Assembly: GCA_950097015.1 (NCBI GenBank)
Contig: CATNEN010000034.1
Location: 1,426,001-1,490,000 of the forward strand
Source of the DNA: Macrostomum hystrix
Lineage: Eukaryota; Animalia; Platyhelminthes
Direction: 5' to 3'
DNA: 64,000 nt
A program made the position numbers and the translations under genes. Of the stretch, positions 50,677 to 61,459 are shown in pieces. The notes under the pieces are model-generated. The model made no database searches. It saw only the letters and a list, made by a program, of their open reading frames with translations, and had not been told where the DNA came from. Each line of letters opens with the position of its first letter. The stretch's first letter is position 1.

Positions 50677-51223
50677 ACACTCTTATCACTACGTAACTAA
50701 CACCAGCCATTCTTCTTCTTCTTCTTCATTCTGCTTGCAGGATTGCTTTTGTCTGTGGTAAAAATCCTCGTGAATTCTGTTGAAACAGTTTTTGTCTATG
50801 CTAAATGTATTTTTCATGTGGGGGCTCGGCCCCCAGCCCCCGCAAGGGGACTGCGTCCCCTTAACCCCGCTTCCCGCTGCACCTCCCTTCCACTCTAATT
50901 GATCCAACAAGAATAATATTCCAGTACGAAAACTCTTTTCTTATAAAATCCGATTTCGTCGTTAATGGACGTTTAATGGGCGCATTCTAAGGCACGAATC
51001 TATCGTCTATGGTTGGAAATGCGAAGTCTTGAACCAGTGTGCCATATAATGGTCCCGAAAACGGGGGCCCATTAAGCCGTATAATGGGCGCCAAATAATG
51101 GGCCGCAAATTATTTATTGACGCGAAACGTTTCAAACATGTTTAAACAAGTAGAATAAGCGACAACTAAGTAGTTAATAGTCAGTGGCAGTAACGGTCAA
51201 TACCCAGCGTGAGGTAAACATCG

Positions 51224-51667
51224 TTAGTCGAATTTGATCTCGATCCTGCCACCCTCGATGACAAGAGACTTGACCCCGTGGCCAGCAGTGGACTTACCGG
51301 AGTTTCGGCCAGGCTCCGCTACAGCAGGTTGCCCGCTTGATGGACCACTGACGTTCGTCGGACGACTGGAGTCCTGCAAAGCGTCGGAAGCAATCCTCGC
51401 AACCTTGGCCGATGGGCCTATGTAGCGTTCAAGCGCAGCGGAACTGTGACCAGTAACCTTGGCAATCTCAGGCCTCGACATCCCAACATCACGCAATGTT
51501 GTGGCACATGTCTTCCGCAGGGACTGATTGCTGTAGCAACCAGTGGTCGGCTCAGGTAGACCGTCCATCAGCGTCCGCACTACAGAGTCGAGAGTGTGTC
51601 GCCCGAGAACCTGGTTCTGGAACCACTTCCCAGCACTAACAGCAGCTTCACTGCGAAACCAGGACAA
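51224..51667 (-). pseudogene. YR6: C-terminal catalytic fragment of a divergent tyrosine recombinase
   Basis: WFQNQVLGRHTL...YSNQSLRKT...TGHSSAALERY; tail IEIKFD*. Confidence 0.8.
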
Positions 51668-51826
51668 AAATAGGGCTATGGTGGAGTTCCGTTCGTTATA
51701 TTATTTTGCAATTTGAAATGACTGCGGACAGGTTAAACAAGTTTTACGACCAACGCAGCAACATTTAAACAACACGAGGACACTCAGAAAAGTTCATCAG
51801 AGGTTCATCAGTTCCTTATCTGTTCA

Positions 51827-52245
51827 TCAAGTTGGATAATAGTGGGACACCCAATACATGAAGTTGCCGAATGCATTGACTGGGTATAGACGGCGCCACA
51901 TGTACTCCTGCAGATGTGACTCAAATAGTGCATCCGATGTGCCATGCATCTGTCGCAGCCTGGCCTTGGCATGTGCCCAGGTGCCCTCCATGGTGTTGGT
52001 GTGAACACTTGGGTCTTGCGGATTTACGAAGTTAAGCCGATGGTTCACAGAGGCATGTCCATAGCCACGTGCTGCAAGGCCGTTGTAGGCAAGCCACCCA
52101 TCCGTGATGACTCGTGTGCCCGGCAGGATGTACTGTTGCAAAATGGGCAGCATAGTTTCTGCGCGACGATCTGGTACAATAACCATCATACATTTGTTGC
52201 TCTGGCGTTCAACCATCCCGAGCACCCAGTGGCCCTCGCGGTATA
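51827..52245 (-). mobile_element. Merlin/IS1595 (ISXO2-like) DDE transposase C-terminal part, in frame with YR7
   Basis: WVLGMVER...DRRAETMLPILQQYILPGTRVITDGWLAY...VNHRLNFV.P...HTNTMEGTW...HLQEYMWRR. Confidence 0.88.
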
Positions 52246-52905
52246 AACACAAATCGACGATGTTGGAGTCGCCATGTGCCCGAATCTTCAAACTCTTGGA
52301 CCCGCGGCCAACATACTCCGACGTGACACAGTTGGCTTGTGCAGAAACCGACACCGATACATTGGAGCTGCCTGACGCCGTTGCGACCTCGGATTGCCCT
52401 TCGATACCAGGGCTCAGAGCTGTTGTCAAGTGGCCACTCATCTTTGTGATTTCGGAGTCTCGCTTTCTACCGCGGTGGATGTAGCGCTGCACTGACGCGA
52501 CATTCTTGTGGCCGGTGACCTTTGCGATACTCTCCAGGTTGAAGCCACCTTCGTGAAGCTCCATCACCACAGTTGCACGAATACTGTGAGGCGTGTAAAC
52601 CTTTGACAATCCGGCGTTAGTTGAGATAGTCTTTAACATTAGTCCAAGCGTGTTGACACCCAGAGGAGTCTTGTAGTACCAAACGCCGTCCGCAGCACCG
52701 GCCATCTTTGGTCGTAGGAAGAAATCTTTGTAGAAGATTGCAGTTGCTAGTTGCTAGAACCGGGCAGTTGCTAGCGCCAGGCTTGGAAACCATTTCGGCT
52801 TCCTTGTTGTCATCGCACTTCTACAGATCGGTGGAGCCCTGGACGTTCTTACTGGCACCTTGTTGGAAGCAAATGGAGATACGACCATTGGCCAGCTCTC
52901 TCTCT
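52246..52905 (-). pseudogene. YR7: 3' half of a YR5-family recombinase
   Basis: ELANG...SKNVQGS, CDDNKEA, CPV, DFFLRPK, YTPHSIR, TGHKNVASVQRY; tail LKIRAHGDSNIVD. One stop and one deletion with filler. Confidence 0.87.
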
Positions 52906-53273
52906 CTAAAAACTTTATGAAACCGAACTATTTGTAATTTTTTCACTTGCAACTTCTCAATTCTCAAATTTTCGCTCAAATGAGCTGCGTCAAGTGGGCT
53001 GCAAAATGTCTATCTGGCGAATTTTGTGTTACCGGAGCATCGCCTTCATATCCCTGTCCCTGAGCTTTTAGGGTAATCAATTGCTTATCCAACGCCCTAC
53101 TTTTGGTGGCTTTGCGTACTTGAAATTAAAAACGATCATGCAAAATATTCCTCATTTGCGGCAGTGACAAAAGTGGACTTCCATATATTTCATTAACCAG
53201 GTACTCAAAATGCACCATCCCAAGTGTATGCAATGAGGAAAACGATCGCGGCGTCATGTAACTTCATAACGCC

Positions 53274-53520
53274 TCATAATTGACGCAATATGCGCCAATG
53301 CTGCATCCCAGCGTCGTTAGTTAAGTTGCGTCCCACGAGAAAATCTGCCATCAACTTGGTGGTGTACAGCAGACCGTTGAGATGTCGACTTCCTGATTCT
53401 CGTGGAATCGGCCGTGCAGTGCCTGTTGTACCTGGACAGTGCAACTTGTAATCCAAAAGCGAAAATGCCAACCTTCTTGTAACTCAATGAATCGAACGCC
53501 TTTAAAAAGACATCATTCAA
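53274..53520 (-). mobile_element. Possible degraded retroelement fragment
   Basis: Only weak hints (FLKAFDSL resembles an RT motif). Confidence 0.2.
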
Positions 53521-54726
53521 TCTTAAATTTGCTTACGACTAACTGGCTGAAAAATTCGACCGCAAATCAGGCCGTTTAACTTATTATAAACTTTATTTAT
53601 CATTCTATCCAGAAATTAAAGCGCAATAGTTGCGCACGACATTCAGACAGTAAGGCTGCATTAATTGCACAGATGAGCGACAATAGTTTAAAATAAACCA
53701 ATTGCAGAGCGCCAGAAAGCAAACAGACATTGAAAATCGAACAGTGGGTGCTGAGACAATTCGAAAGTCCACTTAGCACACTAATGGCATTTCGCTGTTA
53801 AGCTATGAGCAAATTAAAACAGAGTTTACTGCTAGTAGAGAGTCAAGAAAAGGAGGATGAATGAAGGCAACGAACAGAGCTGTCTTAGACTAGACATTTT
53901 AGTCATTACTCGCAGTAATGGCTAATATGCCTCTAATCAAACAGGCCATGTTTTACTCGAAGGGTCGCAGTATCCACAGATGCAGTTTTATGGCATCCGT
54001 TTTTAATATAAAAATAAAAATAAGAGAGTCATGACTAGACAGTAGGGGGAAAAAGTTTGGTTGATCACAATCGCGTGTGTACTAACGTTAAAAATATATA
54101 TAAAGGTATTCGACAGAAAGGAAATGCTAATAGTAGAATCTATAGTACATTTTCCGAATAATAATAAAGTTAAGAACATATTAAAAAGCAATAACTAAAA
54201 TAAATTTAACGTAGCGAAATTCGCAGCTGTCTCAATGGCCAGCTAAACTTGATGCTCTAAGAACAGTATGCATAAAAACGCGATGTCCGACGTCCAACAA
54301 GGGTTAGTAGACTAAAAAATTTTACGCACACACAGTTACTATAAGTCTACTAGCTCAAAGGTTTGGTAAGAAAACTAAAATAACATTAGCGAAACGACAA
54401 GCGTATACTACTGCCGAAAGTGTTTGTTTCGAATAAAAGAGCGAAAAATTTCCGGGCAGAAAAACTTAATGACATACTACGGCTATTCGAAAACAGAAGT
54501 GACGAATGCTATGACCCTTTTTGAATCGGTGATAACAGAAATTACGAATCGGCATCACAATCGAAAGAGTAAAACAACAATCTTAGTTGCACAGTTCTGT
54601 AGTAATCAATGCGTTGACGAAGTGTGCAAAATAATTTCCAGCCTCAATTTAAATTTTCGAGTTCTCCAAAACATTTTAGGCTCTATTTTTGTTTGGAGAT
54701 TACAAACAGAAACTAAGGTCGAGCCC

Positions 54727-56344
54727 TCACGGATCGTGATAAATGTTAGTTAACATGATGTCTCCCGTGCTCAACGTCTGACAGGCGACGGACACGCCGA
54801 CGATCGCCGGGCGAGCTAGCCGACAAGCTGGACATTGTCCAGTGACTGCGCCCGGAGTTGATGCCGAAGCTAGAGGCGATCTGGCAGTCATCAGGCTGTC
54901 TAGCAGGCGGCTGAGCTCCGCCTCCGCTTGGGCGTCAGCTGCCGAACTGTTGACTATTGGAGCTATCGCCGATGCTGGCGACGGAGATGGTGACAATGGC
55001 GATATGGCCGAAGCGGCGACGGCGGCGGCAGCAGCAGCGGCGGCGGACATCCGGTCGACTAGTGGACGGTCGCATTCTTTCCAGACTTTAGTGGCGCGCC
55101 ATTTTGCGCGACTCTCGCGCGGTGCTAGTATGGCGTTGAAGTAGACCGGCTCGTCCACCTGGGTTGCAAATTAGCCCCATTTTATGCAACATAAATTTAG
55201 CGGATACGGGCCTGAGTAGTCTAATGGAAAATACGCTGGATTGGTGCAAGACGTTCTTCTTTTAGGAAACGCCCTCAGTATAAAGACTGATAATAGTAAT
55301 AGTAAGTCTGTTTAAAATGCTTTTATGTAAGATTAAATTCTGTTAGGTAACTTTCTAGATTTGACACAGAATGAAAAACCACGTAAACTAACGACTAATA
55401 TCAACCTTCGACTATTTTTTCCGTGCTGACAGAACCAGTTCTTAAGCAATACACTTTTGATAGACGCACCCTAAAATGACGCTGCAGATCCTCAACGTGC
55501 TTGAAGATGGACCGGTCGAAGAACACATGCTCGTGCTGGCCGAGATCGATGATGCCCCACAGTCGGGAGCAGTGAAACACTCGACCGGCTCGGTTGCTAA
55601 TAGTGCGCGGTGGCTCACTGTTGTGAACACCGCCGCCATTGATGGATGAAGTGACAGCGACGCTGGCGATGGTGGAGGCAGCAGAAGTAGCAGCAGCGGC
55701 AGCGGCTGCAGCTGCTGCTGCTGCTGCGGCAGACTCGCTGATGACAATGCTGAGCCGTTGGCCGCGACGAACCGCAACCTCAGCCGTCGCCGATTCGTAC
55801 TCTGCCGAGTCTGAGAAGTCGAAGAACAGCGGACGCTTGGCCAGGAATTCTTCCAGCTCCATCTGGGTCCAGCCAATCAGGTTGCGAGCCTGCTCGGCTC
55901 CATCGCCGGGTCTGCTCGGAGACAAGCGATGGACAAATATGTACACTGTACAATATTGAGCGTAGTTGTTAAAAAAAATAGACAAAGGAGACTCACCTGG
56001 AAAGAACTGAGAATAATTTAGACAATAACATTCGGCCACCCTTTCTAAGCAGCACTTTTCGAACAAACATTACCGCCTTGTACTCGCCCGCAGACATGTG
56101 CACCTGTTGCTGCTGCTGAAAGCCATTCAAAGGTGTTGACGGCAGCGAACGCCCGCTAGAATCTGTTGAGATTAAATGATGGTGCTGCTGTTGGTGCTGC
56201 TGTTGCTGACTTAGAGCGAGAGTTCCAGGTCGTCTGACCGCACTCTGTCGAGCCCCACCGCCGCTGTTTCTAAGCGACACTAGTTCACCTTGCACTTCAA
56301 AGGCGTGTCGGTGTTTGGCTAAAAAAGCTGCTAGTTCTGCGCCG

Positions 56345-56383
<39 letters not shown>

Positions 56384-57077
56384 AGAATAGCGCGAACATC
56401 AGGCGGCGCCTGACCCAGATGGCCGCTAAGACTGCGCACTGGAACCCAGCGGTCTCGCTTTGCAGCAAGCCGCGACTGGAATATAGTAGAGAAGCGGGGA
56501 CCCGGAAATGTTGGAATTGAACCAAAGGATTTTTTGTATCATACCGATGGTACTCCTTCGAGGTCAGACTTTCTGCGTGGCATCTAGAGTAACAACATTG
56601 TCAGCTAGCTTATTTTCTACGTACCTGCAAAAAGCGCACAGCTCCGAGATCCCGCTCCAACTCTGCTGCGGCTGCTTCGGCCGATGATACCGTCGAAGGC
56701 GTGCCAGCAGAAGAAACTGCGGTGACAGAAGCGGCAGCTGCAGCGGCAGCAGCAACTGACGAGGCGGGTCCAACAGCGGCGCGAACCCGGTCGCCAACGA
56801 CGGTGAACAGCGACGGGTAGCGGCGCAGGAAGGCACGAAGGCCGGCTGGACCGCCGACGGCGTTGCGCATGTCAGCGTCGAAGTGCCGACTATGAAAGTG
56901 CGCGGCCAGGCTGGACAGTCGAATGCCGGGCAAAAACTCCGAGCTGTCCGAAGAGCCCGCAGAATCGACATTGCCAATTTGAGCTGCTGCAGCTGAGTCG
57001 CTGCTGTAGTCCGCGTCGGCGCAATTGAGCAGAATTTCCAGGAAATAGAGCATTGCCTTGTGAGCTGGATCTGACAT
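54727..57077 (-). CDS. Egalitarian-type winged-helix (LOTUS-like) repeat protein with C-terminal OB/cold-shock-like domain; exons 57077-56625, 56475-55997, 55911-55470, 55158-54727
   Basis: Repeats (AMLYFLEILL...GLRAFLRRYPSLF; VPVRSLSGHLGQA...ELAAFLAKHRHAF; AVMFVRKVL...MELEEFLAKRPLFF) resemble Drosophila Egl N-terminal repeats. GRVFHCSRLWGIIDLGQHEHVFFDRS...VYFNAIL looks like an OB fold. No DEDDh exonuclease domain seen. Canonical, phase-consistent introns. Confidence 0.7.
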
Positions 57078-60000
57078 TATGAACTAACTTTTTGCTAACT
57101 ATTTTTTGTGTCTATATCCTATGCGTTTAGAAATTGCCACGTTGAACACTATGGCAAAAAATAACTGACTTAATTTTGTCTTCCTTCTTTCAAGGTCGAA
57201 AATTCGTCCGGAAGGAAAGAAAATTAGTATTAAAAATCAAAGAAAAAGAAGAAAGAAATCGGAAACAAAATGAAGAAACTGCAAAAAGACGCCTCGTCTT
57301 TCTAACTTGACCTGAAGCGCTGAAAGAAATAGCGCCCCAGAAAATTGTGTTGAAACAAAAAGTCGAAATATGAACAAGATGACCAGCGAGGGCTCAGCTT
57401 GCCTGAAATGTCAATATAGAATTGTTTTTGATTTGACGATTATTTTATAGACAATAAAAATGAATAAAGTGTCTCATGATTGACTTAAGTTTTTTCATAT
57501 TTTTGTCTGATTAGAAATTATTTAGTAATAAAATGTATTTATAGAAGTATATCAGAAAAATACCTAAACAGGTCATGTCATTTCTTTTTTGGAAATACTA
57601 TACAAGCTTGAGATATTTGCCTACTAAAAAAGAATTCAGTAGCTAAATTATGAAGGAAAATCAGCACATGTTGTTTCAATATAAATGTAATATATGAAAT
57701 ATAAATGTGACTATGAGAATTGTGTATATGCCTTTCAATGTATATATTAAATAGAGTTAAATGGGTATCATAAAAAATACTTCTTTCAGTTTGCAATGAC
57801 CAAAAATGGCTTCTTACTGAAACAAAAATTATTTTAAATGGATATGGATATTTATATGAATCTTAATACTGCAAGCTATATTTTAAAAAAGAATTGGCAA
57901 CTCTATAGTGATTTCGAAATTTTATCAATTATCCTCTGCTTGAAATATAATTGATTAGGCTAATTTTTGCTGCAACCAATAAAAAGAGTTATATAAACCC
58001 TTTGTAGAAATATACTGGGCTGGGTTTAGCTAAAATGAAGAAATGCTAACTAAAACTTGCTAATAATATATTGTTTCCTACTGAACTTAGGCAGTACAAG
58101 CAACACCTAATCAAAATATTTCTGATGTGTCATATCACAAACATAATATTTAGAATCTCTTAGAAATGTCTTGAGTTTTTCTAGTTTTGCAATTAAACAA
58201 ATTGTGTAATATAATATTTAATAGAAGCTACCAATAATCATTATTACTTACTAGTGACGTAATAAAAACTGCCCACAGATATCCTAAGCATTAAAAACAG
58301 GAAAAAAGTCCCAGATAGTGGGTGCTTTGTGTGTTTTGCATTGAGGCACTCGAGTAAAAATTTCTGACTAAGAATAAGTAGTTAGTAGAGATAAAAAAGT
58401 TTGCAAGCTTCAATCTCTGTGCAACTACCATCAAATATTTGTTCGTGGGCCAAGCGAGCGGCAAAGAAATTTTTGTTTTCTAATTGTAATCTGTATAGAG
58501 AAAAAGCAACAATGTTATTAAATGACGAAATATCGTGACTCATTCCTTCTAATTAACTGACTTTAAAATTAGCAAAATGTTTTTTCGATTTTAAATTTGT
58601 TTCTAATACATTAGCGCTCTCAATGTTACGACAAAAGCGTAATATATTGATTCATACGTTGCAGTAGACTTGCAGTTAAGAAATCATTGTAGTCTTTGTA
58701 ACCAAATTATAGAATAGGACGTTTTTCTGATTGAGGCCAGTTTTTAGCTTGATTATTTCACTATCCAACTATATTCGCTTCTTGAATTTCCAGAGCTTAC
58801 GCTTTTTTCGATAGAGTGCTCTAGGGCTCTCTCTTCAATATTCTCCACTGTAATGTTACACTCTCACTATTACCCTTTAGTTACCAAAAGTTACTATTTA
58901 TTACTAGTAGTGCTGCCACTAAGCAGAAGGAACTGCTATCAAAGGAATGTTCCGAAGATATTCCTTATTTGCACCTTTATTCTCTAGGGTAGCGTTTCTC
59001 TCTCTCTCTCTCTCTTATACGTGTATACGTGGCCTGAGAGGTCTTTTAGCACCGGTTATGCACTTAATCCGTCAGGCGTACCTGTGGATTAGAGGGTCAC
59101 AGCAATAGGCCTTTGAATCACCTATGGATAAACTCCGAAATTCGGGTATTACTTTCGTTGTCCTCTAAGTATTCTGAACACTCCTGTTCATGCAAATATT
59201 TCCTTTCTCTGAATATTCTGCTTCAGGTATAGTTTCAAAAAAATTAAATTTCAAAAGATTTCGGATGTTTGCTTATTTGTGAGGAAGTTTGTCCCGAAGA
59301 CACACGATGAATTTCTCTCACCAAAGTTCTTGCTTATAAAATGTTTTATTTGCAATTGTTTAAACAAAATTTTATTACAAAATATATTTTTTGGTTCGCG
59401 CCTATTTTAACAAACATTTGAGAAAAAAAATTTTACTGTTCGACAATTTAAACAAATCGGAAAATATATTTTTACTTGTTACGCTTTAAACAAATTATTC
59501 TTCTCGCGTAAATTTAGCTTGCACAACTTTATGTTTTAGAGGCCTATTATTACAAGAGCTAAAATTGCATCGATTAAATGTCACACTTAAATTCTATGTG
59601 GCAGCTTCGAGTCTATACGGCGTGCTAATTGTAGAATTTCAGGTGGAAGATTTGTATTAATGCCGATTTACAATGGTCCATGTGATTCTCCCGTGATCGT
59701 AAATTAAGAGCCTTTTTGAGACGCGCAATTACTAGAGAGAATCTGTAAAGCCATGTAAAGCTTTAAATAAAATGCGTTAAATAATGACTGTTAAAGTTTT
59801 TAGTGAAACTGCTACATTAAAATCGGAAAATTGTGCATCGATCAGAGCCATTAAGTTACTAATACAACTGCTATAGTGCTATATTTATTTGCGTGCGATA
59901 TTTACGATCTCCACATGTCTCCAGTGTCTATAGAAGTCTCCATAAAGTAGTCCCTGGATTTTAGTAAGACTTTTGGTTTATTAATATCAGATTTTATTTT

Positions 60001-61459
60001 TCTCAGGAGCTTTTAAACAAAGAGTGCTTCCTCTTGCAGTCATATCGTATTCAAGCAAGGAGCGTATTTTATACATTAACTCTAGCTTATTTAAAAAAGG
60101 AAATTGCTGTTCTCTTATGGCTTACAACTACGAGAGTACACGAAGTTGGTGTGACTTTGCAGTGTACATATATTTGTGTATGGTATATTTTAATTGTATG
60201 GCATATTTGTGTATGGATTAAGTTGATGAAGTCAGTTTAAATCACAGAACTGAAAGTGTAAGCTCGCGTGCTTGTGTACAAGTTCTTCTTGTACTCCTCG
60301 AAAGTGCATGATAATTATCATAGAATCCGCTAATGTAGTGATGCTACCTTTTTGCGTTCAATTTCAACAAAACGCGTATTCTATTTAGACAAGCTGCGTT
60401 CAAATTCGTCAGTCTATATTTGGCTTACCGTTCCCGCATTCGGTTTAGACAAACTCACATTCAATTTAGCCAGTGAAGGTTCTTTTTGGACACACCCTCG
60501 AAAGACTCGAAAGAGTAAGAGGTGGTCTACGTAGACAAATCTAGCATTCAAATTAGACATTCAGCATTCATTTTAAACAATTGTATATTCGATGGCAGAA
60601 CAGTAACAGAACAGAACGGAACAATGCAGTGCAGTGCAGTGTCAGATATAAAATAAACACAGTGCAGCTCAGTCTCCATTGATTGGCACCACAGCAAGAC
60701 ATCTTGGGACAAACGTGAAGCAGTGGTTGTACCAGCGGAAGCACTTGTCTTGAGTGATGCTGTCAGCTAAGGTGATGTCCGCAAGACGGGCGAGCTCATC
60801 TCGACGAAACTCAAGCAAAGTGCGACCGGCGCTTTATAAAGTAAAGCTCTATAACATATACCGTACACATATTACAACCAATAAGCTTGAATATAAACGG
60901 ATAGGTGAAATCAAGTCAAGTTCTTGCTTAAAAATGTGTTGCAGATCAAAAAGTTTTTTCACTCTAAGAGTTAAATGAATCTACGCCCTTAAAAGAGGAC
61001 AAGTGGACACGTTTCAGCACGAGTACGCAGAATTTAGTATCTACAATTAAACACGTAATTTCGATGCTTTAAAGATGCTACATAAATATAGGAGATAAGC
61101 GTGAAAAATTAATGTGCGCATAGTGCACCACTCACCGAACTTGACGCGCACATTATCAAGATAGACCAACCAGCGCACCATTGCTAGTAACTCAACTTAT
61201 GTACACTAATGTGTTTATAAGCTACATGCGGTAAATATGCCCCAACCCCAATTCAGAAATTTGATAAGACCCAAGTGGCACTGTGCAGTGCAGAGCTGCA
61301 TACACTGTGACAGTCAGGCGATAAGAGTTAACTTTCAGTAGGCCATTTCTATTTATCTCTCTCACTCTAACCATAGCCATATAGATTCTCGTTGAACAGT
61401 CAATTTTATTTCAAATCGTTGCCGCGCATTGTTGGAAGGGAATCAAACGATACCTAACC

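Noticed and set aside
33931-52905. Reading the YR genes as a prophage, bacterial contaminant or DIRS retroelement
   Set aside because: One YR has a spliceosomal intron, the neighbours are eukaryotic TEs, there are no phage genes, and no gag/RT with DIRS-type terminal repeats is linked to the YRs.
57100-61400. AT-rich 4-kb stretch between the divergent winged-helix gene and ACP7
   Set aside because: No supportable ORF, repeat or RNA structure beyond a short (CT)n run; treated as ordinary intergenic DNA.
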